Positions 1 to 12,583 of a stretch of DNA of 64,000 nt are shown piece after piece (the stretch's first letter is position 1; every line of letters starts with the position of its first letter). A model generated the notes under the pieces. That model searched no databases, was not told where the DNA came from, and worked only from the letters and a program-made list of their open reading frames with translations. The DNA is from Amoebophrya sp. A120 (Eukaryota > Protista > Dinoflagellata): the NCBI GenBank assembly GCA_905178155.1, contig CAJINV010000001.1:931981-995980 (forward strand). The letters run 5' to 3'. A program made the position numbers and the translations under genes.

Positions 1-2535
1 AGTCGCTGGGGGAGTACAAGGTGTGCACGCCGTGGCACTCCGTGGGCTCGTCGAAGGGCTTGGCCTGCGAAGAGAGCTTGAACAGGTGTAACAGCTGCTC
101 GTTCACGCGGAAGCTGGGCCGGAACTGCTGGTAGCGCTGCAGCGAATCCAGGCAGAGCACCACGGGCAGCTTGTCGCACTTCTGCAGCGCCAGCTCGAGC
201 AGCAGCTCGGACGTGGGGCTGGACTTGGTGGAGTCGGTCCGGTCCACCACCACCCAGATGTTGCTCATGTAGGCCGCCTGCAGCACCGCCGTGAGCACGT
301 TCACCAACCGGCTGAACAGCACCTCGTCCACCTCTTGCGCCACCTGTAATGCGTGCTCCTTCTCCTCCTCCAGCGCCTCGCAGCTCGCGGTGTATCAAAT
401 GTAAAACATGTCTGGGTCTGGAAGAAAATGCAAGTTTGTCATGTTTGTCTGGCATGACTCTCAAATCAGTGATGCATGAGCAGCAAAAGGGCCTCTCGCC
501 TGTCATGCAAAAGCGCAGCTTGTCATGCGAAAAACGAAACACACAACCGCACAAAAAACTTGTCATGCTGGGCTGCACATTGCAGTGCGCCCACCATTCG
601 CAAATTAGCATCACAAGTTTCCAGACCCATACATATTTGCAATGCATACTGTCCGCTCCAGCGCCATGTAGTCCTGCGGGCCGCCCCGCTTCCGCATCAC
701 CCCGCCCTTCTTGTTCAGTTGAAAGGAAGCCTGCTCCACGATCGATTTGAAAGCCGGCTCCTGCAGCAGCTCCGACGTGGACAGCGCACACGGGTGCTTG
801 GTGCCTATGGGAGTGTCAGGATCGAAATCGACAAAATCGAAATAATCTGTAATGCATAAAATGCTATGCAGAAAGCGACTCTATTGCAGAGTATGCAAGG
901 AAGGCGGATTGTAGTCCTGGTACGGGTTAAGTTTTGGGCTGCTGACTAGCATGACAGAAGGCAGCTCTTTTGCCCTAAACCGCATGACAGATTCGCTTCC
1001 AGGCCGAGGAGAATTTGTCATGCGCCGACTACAGACTGTGGGTCTAACTGGCATCGATTTTGTGCATCACAAGTTTTTCGATTTTGACAATTTCGATTCT
1101 GACACTTCCATAGTGCCGAAGTCCAGCTTAATGTACATGCTCGGCTTCTGCAGGTTCCATTTCGTTTTCAGCGTTTCCGTGAACTGCGAAGTCGACACCT
1201 GGTGCTTCCGCGGCACGAACAGCGAGTTGGTGACCCGCTCCCCCCGCCCGATCCGCGCCTTCACGTAACCCAGCTTGGGCAGCGGCGCGTCCCCGCGGAT
1301 GTGCTTGAAACGGCCATGGAACGCGTTCTGGATGGTTTTTTGGTCCTTCTTCAAACCTTCCCAGGCGAAGTGCAGCAGCTGCGGGGTGATCTGCGGGATC
1401 TGGGGATCATTCACCGGGTCCTTCTCCAGCCGGTGGATCAGCTCCCACAGCGGCACCGGGTCCAACCCCTCGGATTCGAAGTGGGGCAGCCGATCGTGGG
1501 TCGCCAGGGTATCAAATGCAAAGCATGTTGTCTGGGTCTGGAAGATAATCGCAACATTTCGATCATGCATCTCGCGGACCACGCACCTGGTCTGGAATAC
1601 ACACAGAAGCATCACAGATTCATTTTGTGGGTGGACCTTCTCTAATCTCTATGCCTCTCACTCATGAAAAATACGCCTTTCGCTTGGCACAAATAAGTGG
1701 GTATCTTTTGCAAGTCATACAACAAAGATTGATCCTGGTGTTTTCGAGAGTTTGCATGACAAGCTCCATCCTTCCAGACCCAGACATATAATTTGCACAA
1801 TGCATACAGGGCATCGTAGGCATATACACACTCCTGCAGGTTCTCTAGAAACCGCTCCCAGTCCGCGTCCTCCTCCTCCCCGGGCGTGTGGTAAAAGTCG
1901 TGCATCACCAGCCCGGGCACCAGGTCCAGAAACGGGGTTTTGTTGGAATTACCCAGGGTATCCGTCGGTGACGGGTCGGCGCCGCCGCCCCCGACGGCGG
2001 TGGTGGTAGAAGCTGCATTCGGAAGTAGATTACTGGCACCACCACCTCCAACCGCGCCCGGCACGTTTACCACCACGTGCTGCGTAGCTCCTCCTGCGCG
2101 CTTGTGAAGATCGGGCACGACTGACCGCGACTTTTCGCAGAGGGACTGCACGCTGTCGCGGCGGGATATCATCGCGGGAACGGAGTGCTCCAGAGTGCAA
2201 TCCGTTGAGAAGGAGGTGCTTTTTCGCAGCGGGTTGCCGCCGGGCAAATCGTCCACGCCAATGGCGGGCGCCGGCCCGGTTGAGATCCGCGGGCCCGAGG
2301 TAGTTGTAGTTGTGCCAACCACCGGTGGCAGCGAGAGTGGCGCCGCGAGACTCGCAGAGAGTGAACTCGCGAGAGTGGCGTCGCGAGAGGGCGCCGAGAG
2401 TGAATTATCCTCGCCATCCTCGCAGGACGGGCTCGCCGACGTCCCAACGTCAGCTACCCAGCGCTGTGCTTCCTCCAGATCCGTACTCGCGCTGTTGCTC
2501 CCTGAACCGTCCAGACTGATGTCCCACTTCTTCAT
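1..2535 (-). CDS. Spliced gene (runs off left edge), TRPM-like N-terminal SLOG-domain protein
   Basis: Removing three elements (+5 nt each) gives a continuous frame: ...YDALATHDRLP...LKTKWNLQKPSMYIKLDFGTKHP...LTAVLQAAYMSNIWVVVDRT..., resembling TRPM 'W.L..P.L.ISV.GG' and 'A....AWI' motifs; strongly GC3-biased codons. Confidence 0.55.
393..648. mobile_element. Introner, family A (TIR tatc/gcattgcaaa.atgtctgggtctggaa)
   Basis: tatcaaatgtaaaacatgtctgggtctgg ... ccagacccatacatatttgcaatgcata; degenerate 5-nt DR cggtg/ctgtc; removal restores frame. Confidence 0.88.
806..1112. mobile_element. Introner, distinct TIR family
   Basis: TIR tatgggagtgtcaggatcgaaat / atttcgattctgacacttccata; perfect DR gtgcc; could splice as GC-AG. 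Confidence 0.9.
1510..1806. mobile_element. Introner, family A
   Basis: Family A TIRs; perfect DR caggg; frame YDAL|ATHD restored. Confidence 0.92.
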
Positions 2536-3487
2536 CTTCTGTTATATCTACACCAACAGGAACGAACAGACAAGGACGAACCCGAATACTTTACTTAAGT
2601 TATATCTCTTCCAAGCCGTGGTCATGGGAAACAAAAATGTTGCTCGACAAAGAATACTCGCGCGGCCTGATAAGTAGATCACTCGGCGCGAGCAGAGTTG
2701 ATGTCCCCACAGCTGGGAAATCGCATGCTGTTTCACAGGACCTACAACAAGTGCCGCCGTCTCTCGCAGTCATCATCGATTTTTCGCAGAGGGACTAGTC
2801 GTGTTGAAGTGACTACTCGTGGTGAGGTGGCTAGTACTCGTTCCGACCTCCCTTGCAGGAAAGGCACTGCTCATGTTGAGGTATGAGGTGCCGCGTGCGG
2901 GTGCTGTTTAAGTAAAGTAGGAACACAAAAACAAACAAGAAGCGAGAGCACCTTCAAGCGTGTTTTTGTGCTGACGTTCATACTAGTTTTTTCAGTTTCA
3001 TTGCGAACAGGCATACCAAAATGTCATCTTGATGGTTTTCATGCATTTTACATTTACAACCTTGGAAAAAGCAAGCAAGAGATAAAAAAAAATTAGCATG
3101 ACATAGTAAACGCCACGATTTCATTTCTGCGCCGGAAGCGGACGCAATGATGGAAACATACATGGATGTGGTGGTAGTTTTTCGAAAACAGGTCGACATC
3201 GACATGGTCGACGCACCAAATCGCAGCCAAATATCCGCGTTCTAGTTGTAAATTGATCAAGTTTTACATATTCATACTGTTCTACAAAACAAACCTGAGA
3301 GGAAATGTCAAAATTGCAATGTTCGAAAGATCGAAGAAAGCATGGATCAAAAATCAAAACGTGTACTCGTCTATGAAACAGGTTTGCAACAAGTACATTC
3401 AAAACGCAAATGCGCAAAAAAAAACAAAAACTCGACGGCTCTCCTCGTATCAAGCAGCATCCGCTTCCACTCCGTCTGTGCCAGCAT

Positions 3488-6400
3488 TCAATTCTCCGCA
3501 TCTACGGCAGCTGCCGCAGGGTTGGCTACGCTAGTAGATGCAGCACAAGTGTGACCAGCGTCTGGCTTCTTGGTCGTCCCACCCTCGCTTCCGCTCTTTT
3601 CCTCGTCCTCGCAGTCGGCTTTCGCAGCAAAAATGCGCCAGGAACCGTCGACCTGCAAACACGATAGATTTATTTTCATCTCTTAATTTTTACAATAGCA
3701 CTGCCTCTACAACTTGCCTTACTTCCGAGTCTGTTACAACTTACGTCAGGTACTATTGACAACTCGATCGGTTCTGGTATTATTGCATCTAAGAACTACG
3801 TCCGGAATTCGCTATAATTCTTATCCAACAAATCACTGTAGTTTCTATCTGAAGATATCGTATTTAAGTGGAGATATGAAAATGTACCTGCTGTTTCTGT
3901 TGCACTTGAATGTCAGCGGGGAACTGCTTCACGAGCTTCCACAGCGGTACCCGACCGATCGCTTTCCAAGCCGCTTTGATTCCCGGTTCCCGCGTATCAA
4001 GTGTAAAAATGTCTGGGTCTGGAAGAGTCATGCTGTTTCTGCATGACACAGAAGGCCTGGCATGGAAGCTCTAGCATCACAGGTTTCGAGAAGCTTCCGC
4101 AATGCCGAATCCGCATGACAAATCCCTCATGTTGGTCACAGAAAGTGAGCAGCTTTTGCTGCCTATGCATCAGAGATTCTTGTGTGTTCTGAAATGCGCA
4201 TCACAAGTTACTGTTACATCCTTCCAGACCCAGACATTTTTGCATTTGATACCGCGCAGCCTCTTCTCCTATCAAAATGAAGATTGACCCTGCAGCCCCA
4301 GAAGTGTAGGTATAAACAAGAAGAGTATATTTCTTTGCATTCGCAAAAGACCTTCATCTGGTGCAATTCTCACGTGTAAAAGCGCAGGTGATACAACTCC
4401 TGCTGCTCTCGTATGTTTGTATAACACCAACGCATCAAATTTGCGATGCATAACAGCGAAAGTAGTACTTAAAGCTATGTAGCGCACAACACATACAGTA
4501 TGGAGGGACACACTTGTCATACTCATGTTCGAGGCGAGGCACACTCCACTTTGATATCCACCGTACAGGATTTCTGCTCGCGGGACAGGACGAAGCGCTG
4601 CGTCTCCATGGCAAGGCGCTGCATCCCTGGATTCGTCGTGCCACCGGTCGAGTAACCTCCTGTCCGGAGGGCACGACCGGACGTCTCATTCACGATCGCT
4701 TCTTGATCATGACTATCACGACTAGCGCTTTTAACATTCTGCTCCGCCAGATTATGCGGTGAAACCACAGCCAGCTTCGTTGCGTATTCCGCGACGTCAC
4801 CTTGCGGTACGAGCAGCGTTGGTGTGAAAACCGGCCTATCCGCCAGCTCCTCGTTTCCGCCCGGAAACCCGTTCTCGGATGTCCTCCGCGTATCATGTGG
4901 GAAAAAACCTGCAGCTGCACTTGGAAAACAAGATCAGAAGACCAACAGCCCATAGTAGAGAAATCCAGCACATATCTGTCACAGCGGATCCTACATATCA
5001 ATTCAAGGAGGACATGCGAACGAAACCAAAATCTTGTTCATGTTCTGTACATCTCCCAAGATACACTGCGCTAGCTTTTTTCCAAAAGATACCGCAAACC
5101 TGAGACAGAAAGAACCTCAGTGCATCTAGAGGTCGTGTTTCCACCCGGCCCGGAGCTGTTCTTCTGCGGAGTCGCGTACTGGAGTTTGTCTTTGTTCGTA
5201 GAAGATGCCATTATTTGTTCGGTGGCCAATGTTGCGGATGTCGCACTATTCTTCGCGGCCCCGAAGTTGTTGTTGTACTGGTGCTGTTGCCACGACAAAC
5301 CCCGATTCATCCTCCCACCGGTATTGTAGTTGTTCCAGGATGAACTACTACCAGGTTTGCCGCCACCGTAGTTGTTGTAATACGAAGATGTTGGAGGTGA
5401 AAACGCGCCACCGCGATTCCCATTCCGATGCAGCGCTCCGTGGTAATTAACATCATCCGGCTTTGCATTTGTTAAAGATGTTGACCAAGTTGCATTATTA
5501 GTCGACGCTTGATATAGTTCTTCCCAGAGACGGCCCTGCATTGACGCAGTGGTCGCGGTGGACGCCGTCGGAGGTGCCGGCGCAACTTGGTTGTTGACGA
5601 TCGCGAGGATCTCCAATGCGCGCCGTAGTGTACCAGGATCCGACAACAGGTCAGCGGGCACGTCCGTGGTGTGGTGTGCAGGGTCGGAAGCTAGGTCGGC
5701 GGGGGACGCGAGCTCTCTTTGGTACCTACCGTGTATCAAAGTGGGCGCAGGAGGTTTGGAGATTTCTTCAGACTAATCCTACAATCGTGTCAGAAATTCG
5801 AAGTATGGCATCCTACATACTCTTGCGTCACTCGTCGATTTTATTTCGAGTCCTTTGTACAAACTTTTGCGAAACTCACATACCTATACCTCTAAATCCA
5901 AAACCAAAGATTGATAGAACTTTCTATACCATGCTGGAGATTTTGCAGCACTAATTGCCGGACGCTCAGATTTCGTATCTCGGCGCTCCCAGCAGTCTTG
6001 TGCCGCTTTCTGAGATGCCCCGGGCCGCAACCACGCCTGATCATCTCGCTCGCGGCCTAGTCGTGCGACAGTAGTTCCATTCGTGTACAAGTTTACTATT
6101 TCTTCTTGCACACTTGGAGGCGAGAAGAACTGCGGCGGCGTTGTATTCCCCTGTAGTGCGTCGCTCGTTTCGAATGCATTTGACGAAGCGGGCACAACTT
6201 TCTCGTCACCCTTCAGTAAAACAGCGTCGCTTCGTGCAGAAACCGTTGCAGCGCTACGCGGATCCGTTGCGAGTCGGTACGCGATTTTCATCACGCCGGA
6301 GGATGTAGTGGTCCGCTTGCTGGGTGTAGCGTTTATGGCGCGCGCAGGCTCGGTTTCGTGAGGAGAACGATCGTTTTGATCGGCCATCTTTGCACTACTG

Positions 6401-7097
6401 ACCATCTCCACCTCGCACAAATTCTGCAACGCAGTGTCCAAACACGAGAAGCCGTGACGCCGGAGAAAGGAAGACAAGAACGGAAACCGGTGCTCGTACT
6501 TGGGGTCCGACTGGTACTGCGCCCTGTTTCGAATGAATAAAGAACTTTTTTCACCACATTTCTATCGGCCGCCTTCAGGACGAGGTGTGGAAAGCCACTG
6601 GAAACTACACTCACTGACTTACAGCAAAAGCACCAAGAACTGCCATGCAGACCAAATTGAAACTTTTCACACGAAAAGCAAAAGAAAAACATTTCTAGAT
6701 ACGGATGAGATACACAACTAACACTATCCTCCAGTTACCACAGATCCGCGATCGCATTGGAGCTCACGCACGTTTTCTCGGCCTCTTGCAGAACTGTGTG
6801 TACACAAGACACAAACAGGACAAAGTCTCCGCTTCGACTTTGCATTGCGGTTACCGCATCCCCCGAGCGCGAGACCAGCTTCTTACTGGTCAGGTCCGCC
6901 AACAATTCAAAAGGAGACATGGTCATGGTCTCGCCGAAGCGCGCCCGGAAGCGCAACTCGATAGAGTCCAGGAGTGTGGCAATGCTCATGGGTCCGCCAT
7001 ACTCCACCAAAAGTTGGGCCACGCGCGCGCACTCCTCCTCCCGTTCAAGACCAAGGCCGGGTGGCAGGCGCTGCGGAGACTCGAAATTGTCCGGCAT
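3488..7097 (-). CDS. Multi-exon protein with LOTUS/OST-HTH-like winged-helix modules and an N/Q/S-rich linker
   Basis: Exons join to give ...GPMSIATLLDSIELRFRARFG..., ...IADLWAQYQSDPKYEHRFPFLSSFLRRHG..., ...TVEEAAREPGIKAAWKAIGRVPLWKLVKQFPADIQV...VDGSWRIF; both GT-AG and introner introns; some internal junctions unresolved. Confidence 0.5.
3995..4251. mobile_element. Introner, family A
   Basis: Family A TIRs; perfect DR ccgcg. Confidence 0.92.
4270..4556. mobile_element. Older introner (family C-like end)
   Basis: tatcaaaatg ... cactttgata; degenerate DR tctcc/tccac; removing element+5 restores frame TVEEAAR. Confidence 0.7.
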
Positions 7098-8348
7098 TTT
7101 ACTTATTGGTTCCCAGGATAAGAATTTGTGGGGTTTGGTGTGCGCGTCCCTTTGCCGAACGTCCAGCTCTTCCCACAGCGACAAAAGAGCTTGCAATAAA
7201 TATTAAAATACGCAGAAAACTACAACTCAAAGACAAGAACCTCTCGTGACAACCAGAGCCACATCATGTAAGAACGGCGGACTGTTTAGTCGCCACAATT
7301 TGGTCACAACGACGTGGCTTCAATAACTGCAAATCGGGGGCGAAACCGACACCGACAGTGGTAAATAAATGGATGACCGGCTATGTGTAGTTGTTACGTG
7401 TGCGAGTGCGTTTTAAAGTTCTAATTGTGTAAATGACAGATCTGAAAAGCTCAGGTTGTATCGTTTTTCGGATGCACCTATGTTAAGACCAACATCGACA
7501 CGTCTTTTCTCCTGAACCTTGTCCAGGAGATCTACCTAAACGGAGTTTTGCAGAATCTCCACAGATTCCTCCTCATGAAGCACTTTGATTTTTTCTCTCC
7601 TCGTCAGACGCGTCGACACGACCATTTTGATTTTTCACTGTCCACGCCCACCGAACTTACTTGCACCGTCTTTTATTCGGACCACTTTGCCCTTCAACAA
7701 TGCTGCTTCACTGAGTTCAACAGAGCAGTCACAGCAACAGACGAGACACCAACAGCAGGATTACAATAGAGAAAAACCCAGTGAAGCAACCGACAATGGA
7801 CCGACTACACAAAACCTTTATTTTTGAGCCGTCATCACCGTTTTCCAGCAACCGAGATGAAGTTACATGTTACCCCAGAACTTCTTCGCCCACATGGCAA
7901 GCAACGGCAGAAAAGCAGCTCGCTGGAGGGTCTCGACGTTGAGACCAACTGATCACACTTCATCGCAACTGGGCAGTGCGCCCGACCTTTAGATACTTCA
8001 TATTTCCTTCGAATCGGTTGAAATCCACGAAACAATAGTCTTGTATCACAAGTACGTAGCACGACGCACAATCTTCGGAAAAAAAGTCAGGGTTACGCTG
8101 GTAGAAATAAGAAGAGAGGGCTAAATCTTTCATGTTTGAAATATCCAAACTTCGAAACAGCGACCGACAGCACTAGAGAATAACGACAAGTTGAAACCAT
8201 CATGCTATTCGTTATCTCATCGTGGTTTCAAACTTTTTTAAACATCCTAAATGAAGCAAGGAGTTCGCGGAACAAGCTGTTACACGCTCGAAGCCACAGT
8301 CCGTGTACATCATTTCAGCTTTTCCGTCCCGACCACACAGTTCGCACC

Positions 8349-10150
8349 TTACTTCATCAAGTCGCGGTTGGTGTAGCGCATGGGTCCGTGGTGGATGACG
8401 TTGACGTGGTCATGCCCCAGATGTCGTGTGCAAAAACGTCCCCATTTCCACAAATGTACGAGAATCAGTACCTATGACATGCAGATCTGCAATGCTGAAT
8501 ACGTTTATTGTTTCTCATGCGCAGCTTCATGAGAAGCATGTGGTTTTTAAATCAGGCTGAGCTGGCCTATTTGTGATACAACAGCAGTAGCCAGGTACGG
8601 GCACGTTCCGCGCTAAAACAACTGCTAATCATGCGCAAAAAAAGGAGAACTCGATGATTTCTTTAGAAGTACAAAATTCTTGCCGCTTTGACTGTGGGGT
8701 TGTAGGGACGACGTTTTTTACTCAGGGTACCGGCTGGTAGTTGTTCTCCTCGTCATTCGCGTCCTCGAGCGCCAAGTCCTCCCCCGGGTACACGTTCGAA
8801 AAAATCCTCGGGAAAAACAGCTAGAACATGCACAACGTTCATCTTGCTAACGCTGCATTCCATCAATTGTACGGTAGTGGTACTCCTACTAGAAGTACAT
8901 ATCCGCATTACAAAGAGGACAACGCGCAACCTCACTCCGAGTTGTGCGCAAAGAAATTCTCTCTGCGCAAACCGAGCACCAGGCTGGTTTAGGGCGCCTC
9001 ATGCGTGATAAAAATCATTTAGACGACAGTCGTCTGAGAGATGTTTTTAGATCACGAATTCTTTCTCTTCATGGTTTTTTAGATTTGCAAGTATGGAAAA
9101 AATTCAACATTGGAGAGTACTACTCTTTTTCCCTGCAATAAAGTCCACGGGGTCCATGTCCGCGTTCTCGACGGCGTCCAGGTCCATCTCACCGGTGCTC
9201 TCGTCGATCATACTGGCGTATGGAAAACCTAAATTTCCTTCCTCGAGTCGGAACGTAGAGGAACCAGGCGAAACCAATTTAGGGCTACGAGTGTAGTAAG
9301 TAGTAAAAGATCCAACATGACCCGCAATGCAAGCTCAGTAAGAGTACGACGATCTCACAACATCTTTTTGACAAGCAAAAGCCCCCCAAAATGGTACACT
9401 TTCTGGTACGCAACGATCATCCGTGACAGGCGAGGAGAGAATTTATTCCATACTCCTTGCTGGGCCTCCTCCTCAACCGTGATGCCGTCCGGGTCCTCGC
9501 GGTCGCGTATGGACAAAAAAAACGCTGGCTTCGCCATATTTCTTGTATGTCACTAGGTTTCAAACTTGGTAGACACGGAAAAAAGCAAAATACCTACATT
9601 CACGGAGATGAACAAAAAAGAAGTACTTATACTGATGCTGCCCCTCACGCAGAGAGACAATACTAGACAATACTAATGTACGTATTGTCTTTTCGGTATG
9701 TTTTTTCTGTGTGCACTAAGTCCAAATACGTTGTACCAGACACCATCATGACAAATCAGCTTGGCCAGCGTGTTTTTGTCTGATACAATGCAACGAAAAA
9801 GCTGCGTCTCGGTTGGACTGGTTGATCTAAACACTCAACATGCAAGACACAAATGAACTCTCGTCTGAAAACCCGCACGTAGTAATTCATCACGATTAAT
9901 CACTCCATCATCGCGATCAATTTTACCTTTTCCTCAGCAAGGGGATTGCTTTTATCGCAACGCTTGCTCTTGTACTTACAGTGGCACACTCTCGGAAATC
10001 CCATTCCTGATGACGCGCTGAAGTATTTCCATACGCGTCCGCGTTCTCGTAGTCCGGTTCGTACTTCGCCCAGGTATGCATGTGAAATCGTTCTCTCGTT
10101 TGTGCTTCGCGGCAAGCGACTACTTCTGGAAATCGCATCAAAAATGTCAT
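8349..10150 (-). CDS. Hypothetical multi-exon gene (5' end unresolved)
   Basis: Coding-like segments (...ESTGEMDLDAVENADMDPVDF...; ...EDLALEDANDEENNYQPG|HDHVNVIHHGPMRYTNRDLMK*) joined across the 8422-8729 element. Confidence 0.4.
8422..8729. mobile_element. Introner, family B (degenerate)
   Basis: tgtcgtgtgcaaaaacgtcccc ... gggacgacgttttttactcagggta; DR ccaga/ccggc; frame restored. Confidence 0.7.
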
Positions 10151-12583
10151 TCTAAACGTAGATCATTTTTTGCTGCATCAAAAATTATGCCCGTGACTGC
10201 AAAGAAGAATCTCGTCCACGAGATTGGATAGCTGTTGCAGAGGATGAAAAAACCACAATTTCGTGTCTGCATGTTCGAGAAGCAGTATGACAAAAACAAT
10301 TCGGCACATACTTCTGCACCCGGGTTTTCAGCTGCAGCGCTGTTTTGATTTTTGTGTTAGAATCCAAAAAATTTTATTTCATCCATGTGCGCTCCGCTTC
10401 ATCCGAAAGTACTAGGGAAGTTCTGACCGTGCTAGGCCTCGGCCGTAGCGCATATTCGAGAAATTGAGACTGACCCTCGTCAAGCGAAGACATGCATCAG
10501 AGTCGCGGCTCAGTGTTCGCCCGATACTAGTGCCCTCTTCGTCACAGGTTCTTCTTCCACAATCTAAAAAATTTTGACGTCACTGGCCTGTGTTCTTTTC
10601 CTTTGCGGTCTGTTCCTTGGCATGTGCGTCTTCCTCTTCCACGAAATATACTGTTTTCTTTTCAATCTGCTTTATCTTTAAATTTCTTTATCTGGGAGGC
10701 TTTAATTCGGTCCTTCTTTCAGCAGCTTCGCACTATGAACAACTGGTGCGCATCCGCGAATTAAATAAAGCTGATAAGATAGAATTGCTATACGTACCTT
10801 CCACTCCGAGCAGCGACACGGACAGCACCGCCAAGCACAACGACAACAAAGACGAACGCATTTTTATTTTTCTTATGCCTTCAGAGGCGAAACAACAAAT
10901 GTCACCTGTGAGGAGGACCTAACTGAACGCCTTCGGCTTAATCTTGGACCAGGTGTGACACATGCAATTTTTTACGATGAAAATATCTGTTCAAACGGAC
11001 ATAGACAAGGAAGAGGAACCAATACAAGAAAAAACTGGACTGCATTCATCCATGACCATCGGGAGCATAAACTTCATCTTGGCTGTCGTCAGGCTAAACA
11101 AGCAACCATACAACGAAAAACGAACACCCCGGAACGACCCAAGAGAACATCACAGAGCAGCGGGAAGACCCCTTTCTCGTCGCTTGGAAATTTCCATAAA
11201 AAAACATGTATGAAACTGTGATTCAAAAAATTATCATCTCCGCATTTGCGCGAGCTTCTGCTTCAGTGGCGATAATTTCAATCACGGTTATCTTCAATAC
11301 CTTTCTTTGATTTGCTAAAAGGCTGCGACAACTTTTATACGCGGTCGTGTGTCTTTCTACGAAAATGTAAATTCCAAATCAATCAACATATCTAAAAAAA
11401 CGAAACTGTAACAACGTAAGTATAATATGGCCTTCTCCAATGTTTTCATATCTTGCTGGTAATTTGTGCTGGTTCATTCGCGAGGAAGCTCCCCGCAGAT
11501 ATGTGCCGACGCGGGTGTGCGACTGCAGAGTAAAATTTATGCCAGTTTCACCACGTTGCTGCAAGTGATTGACCCTTTACTTTTACTTTTAGCATTTTGG
11601 TGGAGGACAAATACATGTGTCCCACACCCTCCCCTCCATTTCGTACCCTGGACATGTGTGAAATAATGCTTGCATGAGGATGGAAAAACAAGGCGCGCAC
11701 TTCCGCGCTGGTCGAACGGTCTTCGGTCTTGGATCGGGAGTCGCGCACCCAAGGTGGCGGGAAATTGATCAAGGCCATACACTATGCTTAGGCTACCTCA
11801 CAAACAGTTTCGGCTGAAGAAAGTTCGAGTTGTACTACAAAGCCTCAGATTACCATTAGTTGCGGTCGCCCACCTCTACAAATGTCTGCGGCCGTATCTG
11901 GTGCGACACTCAACACTACGACTGCTAATGCCTGCGATAGAAAATACTTCTTCCGACATGCTCTCCGAATTTTCGACAAGTATCTTCGTTACAGATCGGA
12001 AGGTGCATAGGTCGCATATCTGGTGGCACGCCGAAGAGCCTGCACCCCTACTGCATCATGATCATAAAACCGGTAAAAAATGAGGACCGTACACGACACT
12101 TGAAAAAGGCGGACGGACCACATCCGGAGCTATCGAAAGGGATTTCTCTTGCGTTTGCGGCGATTGCCGCTACATGATTGGAGCTGTAGCTGCAACATAT
12201 GAAAATCACCACACACAAATCGAGCCCCATCAGCAGCATCGACGACGACGACGGAGGCGCGTCGGACAGAAAAACTCTGTGGTCGCTCATACAAACTTCC
12301 TCGACCCCTACGTGGTACAGTGTCCTTTGCAATATGCATTCATGAATGCCTAAGAGAGCACTAGCACGACTTCTGTACTTGTTGTATGAGCATCTTAGAC
12401 AAAGCACTGCTACAGTTGCGCCATTTAAGTACTTACGACCCTGACGATGACACATGATACCAAATTCCATTTGGGGATCACACTATCTGCAACTCCATTA
12501 CATTTGACCGATCCAACACAGAGTAACACCGAGCATAGATACGACTGTGGGGATAGTCGGTAATTACCGGATTTTTACCGCTT

